From Candidatus Omnitrophota bacterium (lineage in GTDB: Bacteria; Omnitrophota; Omnitrophia; Omnitrophales; Aquincolibacteriaceae): 64,000 nucleotides of DNA. Location: contig JAKJDL010000005.1 of the NCBI GenBank assembly GCA_022705945.1, forward strand, positions 15,825-79,824, in the 5' to 3' direction. This document shows, in pieces, positions 48,408-57,160 of the stretch; within the stretch, counting starts at the first letter, position 1, and every line of letters begins with the position of its first letter. The position numbers were made by a program, and so were the translations under genes. Under the pieces are notes generated by a model. It did no database searches. It was not told the origin of the DNA and saw only the letters and a program-made list of their open reading frames with translations.

Positions 48408-49742
48408 ATGTCGCGTTTAGTCAGGGATAAAGTGTTTTTGACGGTTTTTCGTATGGCGGTTCCGATGCTCGCCGGGACCTTCGCCATGAATATGTATAAC
48501 ATGGTCGATACGTGGTTTGTTTCCCGGTTGGGGACCCAGGCGCTGGCGGCGATGTCGTTTACTTTCCCGGTGGTGATGTTCGTCAGTTTTGTGATGCGGG
48601 GAGTGGGGACCGGCGCGATGACGGTGGTCGCCCACGCGCTGGGAAGACAGAAACATCAAGCCGCGGCGAGGATTACGACGCACGCCATTTTTCTGGCGTC
48701 GGGGATTTCGCTCATCCTGACGGGGGCCGGCCTGTTGACCTTTGAACCGCTGTTTCTCCGGCTGGGCGCTTCCGGGGAGGTGCTTGACCTGGCCCGGCAA
48801 TACATGACGATTTGGTATTGGGGGCTCATTTTCCGAGTTCTGCACATCATGCTGGCGGACATTATTATCGGGACAGGGGACAGCAGGACGGTGAGTTTTT
48901 TGATGGTCGGAGGGACGCTTCTGAATTGCGTGCTCGACCCGGTGATGATTTTTGGCTGGGGGTTTTTCCCGAGGATGGGGATCCGGGGAGCCGCGCTGGC
49001 GACGGTGATCGCCGAATTGTTTGTGATGGCGGCGGCGTATTATTTTGTCCACCGGAAATATCATTTAATCTCTTTCGCGGCTTACTCCCGGCGGCGAATG
49101 ATGGCATCCTGGTACAGGATTCTACAGATCGGATCGTCGGCGATGGTAAGCTCCGTCCTGACCCCGGTATCGGCCGCGATTGTAATCAGGATCGTCGCCG
49201 GTTTCGGACGGTCGGCCGTGGCCGCGGTCGGGGTCGCGGCCCGGATTGAAATGTTCGCATTTATGATTCCGATGACGGTCGGGATGTCCCTCGTCCCGTT
49301 TGTCGCGCAAAATTACGGGGCGAAACGTTTTGACCGGATCCGGACGGTGCGGAGGGGAGCGTTCATTTTCGCGCTCGCGTTCGGATTTGTGAGCGCCGGG
49401 ATTCTTCTGCTTATCGCGCGGCCCCTCGGACGGCTGTTTTCTTCGGATCCCGCCGTGGTGGATGTCCTGGTGCGTTATATTTACATCACCTGCTTCGGAT
49501 ACGGCTTCCTGGAAGTACACCGGTACGCGACGTTTTGCATGACCGGCATTCACCGGCCGATGATGGCCACCACCCTGAATGCCATTCGCGTTTTGGTCCT
49601 GATGATTCCGATGGCGTTTTTGGGGGCGAAATGGTTCGGCCTCTACGGAGTTTTCTGGGGGCGGTTGTTGACCGATCTCCTTGCGGCCGGAATCGGGATC
49701 ATCTGGTCGGGAAAAATTCTCAAAAAAATGATCCCCGAGTGA
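48408..49742 (+). CDS. MATE family efflux transporter
   Basis: 12-TM protein with MATE/NorM-DinF family periodicity. 444 aa. Confidence 0.8.
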   Translation: MSRLVRDKVFLTVFRMAVPMLAGTFAMNMYNMVDTWFVSRLGTQALAAMSFTFPVVMFVSFVMRGVGTGAMTVVAHALGRQKHQAAARITTHAIFLASGISLILTGAGLLTFEPLFLRLGASGEVLDLARQYMTIWYWGLIFRVLHIMLADIIIGTGDSRTVSFLMVGGTLLNCVLDPVMIFGWGFFPRMGIRGAALATVIAELFVMAAAYYFVHRKYHLISFAAYSRRRMMASWYRILQIGSSAMVSSVLTPVSAAIVIRIVAGFGRSAVAAVGVAARIEMFAFMIPMTVGMSLVPFVAQNYGAKRFDRIRTVRRGAFIFALAFGFVSAGILLLIARPLGRLFSSDPAVVDVLVRYIYITCFGYGFLEVHRYATFCMTGIHRPMMATTLNAIRVLVLMIPMAFLGAKWFGLYGVFWGRLLTDLLAAGIGIIWSGKILKKMIPE

Positions 49743-49801
49743 CCTTCCGACGCTGTGTTTCGTCAGAACAGGCCTTTTTCAAATTTAAAAAGCCGGGCGC
49801 T

Positions 49802-49940
49802 ATCCTTCCGCTAATTATGTAATGTGTCTCCGGTGTTCTGGGGTATAATTCCGCTTATGTCGAACGATCAGATCATGCCTTCCGGCTATCGAAAGCTTCT
49901 TGCGGAGATTGTCGGTCTCTATGATAGCGCGCGGCGGACG
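49802..49940 (+). repeat. Left 139-bp direct repeat (attL-like) carrying the promoter and first 41 codons of the DUF1016-nuclease gene
   Basis: Identical to 60429-60567 by direct comparison. Contains TGGGGTATAAT and an ATG at 49857. The downstream reading frame diverges after the repeat and terminates at 49988. Confidence 0.9.
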
Positions 49941-49977
49941 ACGCCGGACCTTCCGGATGACCCGTATTTCTTTTTAA

Positions 49978-50532
49978 AGGTCGTATGAGCATAGCGTTTC
50001 ACAGTTAAAATGCCCCGATCTTTACGCGGTGGCTTGTCTGGTGCTCGATTTTTTGAGTGTCCATCCCTTTAGAGACGGTAATGGCAAGGTGGGCAGGCTC
50101 TTGACGCTTCTTGCGCTCTGCCAGCACGGCTATATGGTCGGCAAACATATCAGCCTTGAACGCGTTATTGAGCAGTCAAAAGAAACATACTACGAAACGC
50201 TCAACAAGAGCTCGCAGAAATGACATGAGGCCAAGCATGATGTCATGCCGTGGTTCAATTATTTCCTCGGGACAGTGCTTGCGGCTTATAAGGAATTTGA
50301 AGAACGGGCAGAACAAATAAAACCCGGAAGGGGCGCCAAGACACAAATAGTAACACAGGTCATTGAGCGACAATCCGGCGAGTTTGCTATTTCTGAGATA
50401 CAACGCGAGTGTCCGGGCGTTAGTCGTCCAATGATTCGAGTGATTCTCGAAGAACTTCGAGCCAAGGGGAAGGTTGAGGTGCTCGGAACCGGTAGAAGTG
50501 CCCGATGGCGTAAACGTGATAATAAGTCGTGA
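49978..50532 (+). pseudogene. Fic/DOC family gene remnant: N-terminally truncated at the repeat boundary, with an in-frame TGA at 50221
   Basis: Fic motif 'HPFRDGNGKVGR' (HPFx[DE]GNG[RK]xxR). Two same-frame ORFs (50029-50223, 50245-50532) separated only by TGA. The upstream frame is open back to 49978, but no N-terminal Fic region is present. Confidence 0.7.
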
Positions 50533-50944
50533 AACGTGATAATAAACGTGATAACAACTGAAATGGCTCAATCGGCTCAGTGAGGGATAATAAATTGCTC
50601 AAGTTCCCCGGGAGCGGAAAGGGTTTAAGGGGGTAGGCGGGGCCAAGATTGCTCATATTCAGGCCGCGCTTGAAATCGGGCGGCGCTATCGACAAGGACG
50701 ATGTGTCCACCGGGAAGCAAAAGATCGCCTCTGCCAAGGATGTTGTTGATATATCATGCCACACCTCCGCGACCTCAAAACCGAGATGTTCAAGGTCATC
50801 TGTCTCCATTCAAACAATCGGATTATAGAAATCACAGATGCGATGTCCGGGAAGGTCCAAAAAGGCGTTTTGACGGACATGGATGGACATGATTTTACTG
50901 ACCTGCAATAGATATTCTTCTTGACTCTCAAGCGCACCACACTA

Positions 50945-51010
50945 AAATGTCCACTAATCGGAAATATCCACTAAATAGTGGACATTTAGGGAAAGTAGAC
51001 ATTTAGTAAT
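50945..51010 (+). promoter_or_regulatory. Palindromic operator-like repeats upstream of the wHTH gene
   Basis: 'TGTCCACTAA', 'ATCCACTAAATAGTGGACATTTAG' (perfect palindrome TCCACTA-AAT-TAGTGGA) and 'GTAGACATTTAG'. Repeated half-sites 35-95 nt upstream of the start. Confidence 0.55.
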
Positions 51011-51060
51011 ATCTTGGTTTACAGAGGGCCAAGTAAGGATTGAGTGAAGGAGTTGCTACG

Positions 51061-51735
51061 ATGAAAATACTTTTAGGGGATAAGGCGAACATAATTATAC
51101 GCGCCATGCTATCTCAACCCGATAGGAAATGGGTTGCCAGAGATTTTGAGAAAGAATTTGGCGTGGGGCGCGCGCATGCGGCAAAAGTATTATCAGAATT
51201 GCGCGCCAAGGGGTTTGTCGGAGGAGTCCGGTCTGGCAGGCTCGCGTACAGTATATTACAAAATAAAGAAGAACTTCTCGAGGAATGGCTTAAAGTCTAT
51301 AAGTTTGAGCTTAACGAAGCCCATCTTTATTATTCAACCCGAGAGGATATTCTTTCCCGGCTAAAGGAATATTTTGCGGGAAAGAAAGAGCCCAATCAAT
51401 ACGCACTGACGCTTCATACCGGAGCTAATCTCATTACCAGCTACGTGAATACGCAGACGATATATTGTTACTTGCCGGTAGCGGATTTCAAACGCGCCTC
51501 GCTAGACTTGCGGCAGGTGCTTGATTTGAAGGAATTAAAAACGGGCGGTAATTTCTATTTAATAAACCCATATTATCGAAGCGCCACATTTTTCAATGCC
51601 CAGGCGATCAAAGGCTACAACGTTGTTTCGAATCTCCAGCTTTATTTGGACCTCTACCATTATCCGCAGAGAGGCAGGGATCATGCCGAGTATTTACTCA
51701 AAACATTAAAAGGGGAAGGAAAGCCAATTGCTTAA
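51061..51735 (+). CDS. wHTH-domain protein, AbiEi-like putative antitoxin/transcriptional regulator
   Basis: N-terminal MarR/wHTH-like segment 'DFEKEFGVGRAHAAKVLSELRAKGFVGGVRSGRLAYSIL'. Start taken at ATG 51061 (RBS GAAGGAG); ORF open from 51040. Overlaps the downstream nucleotidyltransferase gene by 8 nt. Confidence 0.5.
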   Translation: MKILLGDKANIIIRAMLSQPDRKWVARDFEKEFGVGRAHAAKVLSELRAKGFVGGVRSGRLAYSILQNKEELLEEWLKVYKFELNEAHLYYSTREDILSRLKEYFAGKKEPNQYALTLHTGANLITSYVNTQTIYCYLPVADFKRASLDLRQVLDLKELKTGGNFYLINPYYRSATFFNAQAIKGYNVVSNLQLYLDLYHYPQRGRDHAEYLLKTLKGEGKPIA

Positions 51736-52519
51736 AGAATTCCCGGGAGAAAAACTTCTCATTAAAGTTATAGACGATCTGGCTGATTTTTTGCCGTACC
51801 TTGTTCTGGTCGGCGGTTGGGTGCCGTACATTTATGCCAAACACATGTGGAAAGACATCCCCAATATGGCAGTGACTACCGGAGATATTGATTTCGGTGT
51901 CGGAGATCATGATTTTAAAGGGAAGGATACCGTTGCTTCTCGGGTGCAACGATTGGGATATGGCGAGCGTCACGTTTCAATGGACAGATTGATTCCCTTT
52001 GTGCCTATTGTGAAAGATTCATCGGGAGATGCTAAAGCAGAGGTCGAATTTATTACCGATCCCAAGGTTTCCCGGAAAGTCATCAATAAGATCGTTGGTC
52101 AAGAGATCAAGATTAATGAAATCCGGCATTTCAGCCTGTTGCTTGGCTCTGTCATGCCGGTAAAAATGAACGGTAAGAGTATTCAGATACCGACAGAATC
52201 GATGTTTGTTTTCCATAAACTGCTGACGTTTGTGGATCGGGAAAATAAGGCTAAACTCAAGAAGGATCTTTATTACGTTTATTATATGATCAGATTCAGT
52301 CCGACAAAGGCGCAGCTTTGTGACGACGTGGTCGGCCTTATCAAAAAACTTAAAGAAGGCAGACAGGTCAAAGAGAATCTCAAAGAGTATTTTGCCAGCG
52401 TTGATTCGAAGGGGCCATTATTTGTTGAGCAGGAAAACGGCCCGGACGCTTATGTTGCGAACGTAAGAGAAGACGCGTTTGAAAAGTTCGGAGATATTCG
52501 GCGAAGGGTTGAGGAATGA
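51728..52519 (+). CDS. Nucleotidyltransferase-fold protein, AbiEii/DUF1814-like putative toxin
   Basis: 'LVLVGGWVPYIY...TGDIDFGV' fits the minimal nucleotidyltransferase GS/GG...DxD pattern. 263 aa. Translationally coupled to the wHTH gene. Confidence 0.5.
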   Translation: MLKEFPGEKLLIKVIDDLADFLPYLVLVGGWVPYIYAKHMWKDIPNMAVTTGDIDFGVGDHDFKGKDTVASRVQRLGYGERHVSMDRLIPFVPIVKDSSGDAKAEVEFITDPKVSRKVINKIVGQEIKINEIRHFSLLLGSVMPVKMNGKSIQIPTESMFVFHKLLTFVDRENKAKLKKDLYYVYYMIRFSPTKAQLCDDVVGLIKKLKEGRQVKENLKEYFASVDSKGPLFVEQENGPDAYVANVREDAFEKFGDIRRRVEE

Positions 52520-53120
52520 GAGCCTTCGCCATCGGTGACGTCCACGGCGCCTACAAGGCGATGATGCGGTGCTTTGAGCGTTCAAAGTTCGATTATAAGA
52601 AAGACCGCCCGATCGTGATGGGCGATGTTTGCGACGGGTATCCGGATGTCAGACAGCGCATTGATGAGTTATTAAAGATCAAGCATTGTGATCTGATCAT
52701 TGGAAATCATGATATGTGGGCGCTGGACTGGGCCTTGTGAGGCGACACCCCGGAGATATGGAGAAGCCAAGGCGGCGACCGGACAATGGCGTCGTATAAC
52801 GGCGGACCTATGCCGCAGGCGCACATCGACTTCCCAAAAACGGACATCTTTGGTTGGAACTTGGGAATAAACTTTTTGTCCATGCCGGTTTTGTGCCGGA
52901 TTTGCCATTGGAGCAAGATAGCGTTCAGGTACTTGTGTGGGACAGGTATTTACTCAAAGACGCGTGGGAAGCGGATAATTATAGACGGGAAGCGCAGATC
53001 ATAAAATATGACGACATTTTATCGGACACACGACAACAGAGCTTTATAGGACGCTTGAGCCGCTTCATGTTTGCAACGTGTGGGATTTGGACACCGGCGC
53101 CGGTTGGTCAGGCAAGCTGA
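52516..53120 (+). pseudogene. Fragmented calcineurin-like metallophosphoesterase (Ser/Thr phosphatase/ApaH-like)
   Basis: 'AIGDVHG...GDVCDGYP...GNHDMW' (motifs GDxHG, GDxxDRG-like, GNHD/E) in 52516-52740. The C-terminal 'LFVHAGF' piece is in another frame (52854-53120). At least two frameshifts or stops. Confidence 0.6.
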
Positions 53121-53353
53121 CGATTATGATGGATATTGATACAAAGGAATACTGGCAATCGGAGTTATCAAAAGATTTATACGGCGGGACACCGGGCAAT
53201 TTAGCTGGGACGAAATAATATGAACTACTGGTGGACATCGGGTGCGTTCACGAGAAATATAAGATCAAGCGAGAGGCCGGATGATACTTGTTCTTGAGTG
53301 AACGCCGGACACCGTCCGGCAACAGAAACCATAAGTCATGAAAGAGGTTTTAT

Positions 53354-54976
53354 ATGCAATGGATAGCGCCTGCAGAAAAGAATGAAGCGAACGATCTTCT
53401 GGAAAAACGGCTGTGGGACGCCGCCGATCAGCTCCGGGCTAACTCCGGCCTGACTTCAGCCCAATACTCCCAGCCCGTCCTTGGGCTTATTTTCCTACGG
53501 TTTACCGACAGCCGGTTCAAGGTCCAGCAGGCCAAGATAAAAAAAGCAGGTAAGACCTCCCGGCGCGGATCCCGCGTCGAAGATTCTGCCGCCTATCACG
53601 CCGAAGGCATCCTGTATCTGGCGCCCGGAGCCAGGTTCGACGAGCTCCTTTCATACCCTGAAGGCGGTAAAGGCGGAAAGTCGCTCGGCCAGGCGATCAA
53701 CGAAGCCATGAGGAATATCGAGCGTGATAACCCTCAACTCGCCGGTGTCCTTCCCAAGACCTACGAAACCTTCGAGGCTCGGATCCTTGCGGAGCTTCTT
53801 AAAGTTATTTCCACGATTCCGTCTGACCTTGAAGGCGACTCCTTCGGAAAGATCTACGAATACTTTCTGGGTGAATTTGCCATGACCGAAGGACAAGCCG
53901 GAGGAGAGTTCTACACGCCGACGGCTATTGTCCGGTTGATCGTCGAGATTCTCGAACCGTTCCATGGGCTTATCCTTGATCCTGCCTGCGGATCGGGCGG
54001 TATGTTCGTCCAAAGCGCTCGGTTTGTGTCAGAACACCGGAAGAATCCTTCGAGCGAAATCAGCATCCACGGACAGGAGAAAGTAGACGCCACAGTCCGC
54101 CTCTGCAAGATGAACCTCGCGGCGCACGGTCTTGAAGGAGACATCAAGCAGGCCATTACCTATTACGATGACCTCCACAAGAGCACAGGCCGGTTCGACT
54201 TCGTTCTCGCCAATCCTCCGTTTAACGTCAATGCCGTGGACAAGGAACGTCTCAAAAGTGACGTCGGCCCGGGCAAACGCTTCCCGTTCGGGTTGCCACG
54301 CACAGACAACGCGAACTATCTCTGGATCCAGCTGTTTTATTCGGCGCTGAACAGTAAGGGCCGCGCCGGTTTTGTGATGGCTAACTCCGCGTCTGATGCG
54401 CGCTCTTCCGAACAGGAGCTTCGCAAAAAGCTCATCGAAGACCGTGCTGTTGATGTGGTGATCGCTGTCGGGCCGAATATGTTCTACACCGTGACGCTCC
54501 CGTGCACGCTCTGGTTTTTGGATAAAGGGAAGAAGAAAACACCGCGAGCGGATACGGTTTTGTTCGTTGATGCGCGGCAAATTTATCGACAAATATCAAA
54601 GGCTCAAAGAGACTGGACTCCGGCGCAGATCAGTTTTATCTCCAATATTGTGCGGCTCTATCGTGAAGAAGAACCCGACTTTACCCTTGGCAGGGATGAA
54701 GCGGCCAAGCGGGTTTCCGAAGCCTTCGGAAAGAAACCCCAATACAAGGACATCCCAGGTCTTTGCAAGGTTGTGACGATCAAGCAAATTGAAAAACAGG
54801 GCTGGTCGCTCAATCCCGGCCGCTACGTTGGTGTTGCGCCCGGTGGAACCCTCAGCAACGAGGACTTCAAGGAGCAGTTTGAAACTCTGAACGAAGAACT
54901 TGAAACCTTGAATGTTCAGGCCCGCAAACTTGAGCAAACCATCGCTCGCAACGTGACGGAGATTCTAGAGGCATGA
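53354..54976 (+). CDS. hsdM: Type I restriction-modification system, DNA methyltransferase subunit
   Basis: HsdM N-terminal '[13 protein letters not shown]...VLGLIFLRF'. SAM motif '[11 protein letters not shown]'. Catalytic 'NPPF'. 540 aa. Confidence 0.9.
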   Translation: MQWIAPAEKNEANDLLEKRLWDAADQLRANSGLTSAQYSQPVLGLIFLRFTDSRFKVQQAKIKKAGKTSRRGSRVEDSAAYHAEGILYLAPGARFDELLSYPEGGKGGKSLGQAINEAMRNIERDNPQLAGVLPKTYETFEARILAELLKVISTIPSDLEGDSFGKIYEYFLGEFAMTEGQAGGEFYTPTAIVRLIVEILEPFHGLILDPACGSGGMFVQSARFVSEHRKNPSSEISIHGQEKVDATVRLCKMNLAAHGLEGDIKQAITYYDDLHKSTGRFDFVLANPPFNVNAVDKERLKSDVGPGKRFPFGLPRTDNANYLWIQLFYSALNSKGRAGFVMANSASDARSSEQELRKKLIEDRAVDVVIAVGPNMFYTVTLPCTLWFLDKGKKKTPRADTVLFVDARQIYRQISKAQRDWTPAQISFISNIVRLYREEEPDFTLGRDEAAKRVSEAFGKKPQYKDIPGLCKVVTIKQIEKQGWSLNPGRYVGVAPGGTLSNEDFKEQFETLNEELETLNVQARKLEQTIARNVTEILEA

Positions 54977-56175
54977 CGAAGGTCGAGCTCCGCACAGTTC
55001 GAATTGGTGACTTGGGCCGCGTCATCACCGGCAAGACACCACCGAGCGCCTACCCAGAACTGTTCGGGGAGGAATTTCCGTTTCTTACCCCTACAGACAT
55101 TGACGGTGTTGCGCGTTACATCGAACCAGAACGCTTCCTATCGCTAAAGGGATACGATCACCAGCAACAACTGCTTCTTCCGCCGCGCTCTGTCTGTGTT
55201 GTTTGTATTGGCGCTACGATCGGCAAAGTCTGCATGACCAACAAGCCATCGTTTACAAACCAGCAAATCAACTCCGTCGTTGTGAACGAAAGGGAACATG
55301 ACCCCATTTTTGTTTACCACCTTCTTACGACCTTGCGCGATGAGTTGAAATTAAATGCTGGTGGCGCTGCGACGCCGATCATTAACAAGACAGCTTTTTC
55401 AGAGATCGAAATCAATGTCCCGACATTGCTGGAGCAGCAGCGGATTGCGAACATTTTGTCGGCTTACGACGAACTGATCGAGAACAGTCAGCGGCGCATC
55501 CGGATATTGGAGACGATGGCCCGTGCTCTTTACCGTGAATGGTTCGTCGATTTTCGTTTTCCCGGCCACGAAAAGCATCCCCTTGTTGCCTCATCCATTG
55601 GCAATATCCCCAAAGGCTGGGAGGTCAAAAAACTCAAGGATGTCGGTCGCCTCACAATGGGTCAGTCGCCCAAGTCAGAGTTCTATAACGAGACGGGAGA
55701 AGGTCAGCCATTCCATCAGGGGGTGACCGATTTTGGTGATCGCTTTCCAACCGACCGCTTGTTTTGCGCCATCGAGGGGCGCGTTGCTGAAGCTGGCGAC
55801 ATTCTGTTTAGTGTTCGTGCTCCCGTCGGACGCATGAACATTGCTGATAAGAAAATCATCATTGGTCGTGGCTTGTCCGCTATCCGAGATAACAACGGCC
55901 ATCAATCCTTTCTCTGGGAGCAGTTGCGCAACCGTTTTGCTAAAGAAGACATGATGGGTAACGGTGCAATCTTTGCAGCAGTAACAAAAGATGATATGCA
56001 AGGCATCGAGTTGCTTTGTCCGCCGCAATCACTCGTTGTGGATGCCGAGAAGCACCTTGTTTCGATTCACGAAAAAGTTAGCATTCTCACTCGCCAAATT
56101 CAAAACCTCCGCCGCACCCGCGATTTTCTTTTGCCGCGATTAATGTCGGGACAATGTAATCTTCAGGAGGTTTAA
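54973..56175 (+). CDS. hsdS: Type I restriction-modification system, specificity subunit (two TRDs)
   Basis: Overlaps the hsdM stop. Duplicated TRD architecture with conserved central and C-terminal coiled-coil repeats ('[29 protein letters not shown]', '[22 protein letters not shown]'). Confidence 0.85.
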   Translation: MTKVELRTVRIGDLGRVITGKTPPSAYPELFGEEFPFLTPTDIDGVARYIEPERFLSLKGYDHQQQLLLPPRSVCVVCIGATIGKVCMTNKPSFTNQQINSVVVNEREHDPIFVYHLLTTLRDELKLNAGGAATPIINKTAFSEIEINVPTLLEQQRIANILSAYDELIENSQRRIRILETMARALYREWFVDFRFPGHEKHPLVASSIGNIPKGWEVKKLKDVGRLTMGQSPKSEFYNETGEGQPFHQGVTDFGDRFPTDRLFCAIEGRVAEAGDILFSVRAPVGRMNIADKKIIIGRGLSAIRDNNGHQSFLWEQLRNRFAKEDMMGNGAIFAAVTKDDMQGIELLCPPQSLVVDAEKHLVSIHEKVSILTRQIQNLRRTRDFLLPRLMSGQCNLQEV

Positions 56176-56315
56176 GTCGTGGCTCTTCCGCACAGATTCA
56201 TTTTGATGGCGAGTTTTATTAACGAGGGAGCTTTTGAGGAATCGATTGAACAAAGTCTGACCCCCAATCGCGGGGGTGAAAGGAATACCAGGGGAAATTG
56301 AAAAGAGGAAATGAA

Positions 56316-56951
56316 ATGGCTTATATTTTTCTTGATGAATCGGGCGACCTAGGTTTTGATTTTACGAAAAAAGGAACTACCCAGTATTTTGTAATCACAC
56401 TGCTCTTTGCGGATCACAAACGACCTATCGAAAAATGTGTCCGCACGGTTCACGCGCACTTGCGCAAGAGATTCAGGCGAATAGGAGGCGTTCTCCACGC
56501 GTGCAAGGAGGAAGACGTTACACGGCAGAGATTGCTACGATGCCTGTCGCAAAAGAATTGTGCCGTTATGACAATTTATCTCAACAAGAAGAGAGTTTAC
56601 ACGCGCCTACAGGATGAGAAAGCGGTCCTTTACAATTATGTGACGAACATATTGCTTGACCGGATTTTTACGAAGAAATTGGTTTCCTCCGACGACATTC
56701 ATCTGATTGCCTCCAAACGGGAAACCAACAAATTCCTTAACGAAAATTTCAGGTCCTATTTGAGACGGCAAATGATTGTAAATCATACTCGCAAAATTGC
56801 GGTTGAAATTCGGACACCGGCTGAAGAAAAAGCCTTGCAAGCGGTGGATTTTGTGAGTTGGGCAATATTCCGAAAACCGGAATGGCGGGATGATGTTTAT
56901 TACAACACGATCAGGGGAAAGATTGTGGAGGAGAATCCGTTATTCCCCTGA
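56316..56951 (+). CDS. DUF3800-family protein inserted between hsdS and hsdR
   Basis: 'MAYIFLDESGDLGFDF' is the DUF3800 hallmark. RBS AAGAGGAAA. ORF open from 56298. Confidence 0.65.
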   Translation: MAYIFLDESGDLGFDFTKKGTTQYFVITLLFADHKRPIEKCVRTVHAHLRKRFRRIGGVLHACKEEDVTRQRLLRCLSQKNCAVMTIYLNKKRVYTRLQDEKAVLYNYVTNILLDRIFTKKLVSSDDIHLIASKRETNKFLNENFRSYLRRQMIVNHTRKIAVEIRTPAEEKALQAVDFVSWAIFRKPEWRDDVYYNTIRGKIVEENPLFP

Positions 56952-57160
56952 AAATGGTAAAGCCTCATTCGCTGTTTACGAGGAACCCTGCGGAACCCCA
57001 CGAATGAGGACTTACTTACCGCACAAACTATAGCATTTTATTCATGATGATGCAATGCGCTATTTGATTAAAAATTACAATGTAAACCTAAAAAAGCTCA
57101 AAAAAAGCAAAAAAAAGCTTTAACTAATTTAGACTCAATGAGTTACTATTTGACGGTTAT

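Noticed and set aside
50221-50223. In-frame TGA in the Fic gene as a recoded codon (Gly/Trp/Sec).
   Set aside because: TGA is used as a real stop elsewhere in the window (rplU ends TGA-TAA; nrdD, hsdM and others end with TGA). No SECIS-like hairpin was noticed. The gene is also N-terminally truncated, so a pseudogene is the simpler reading.
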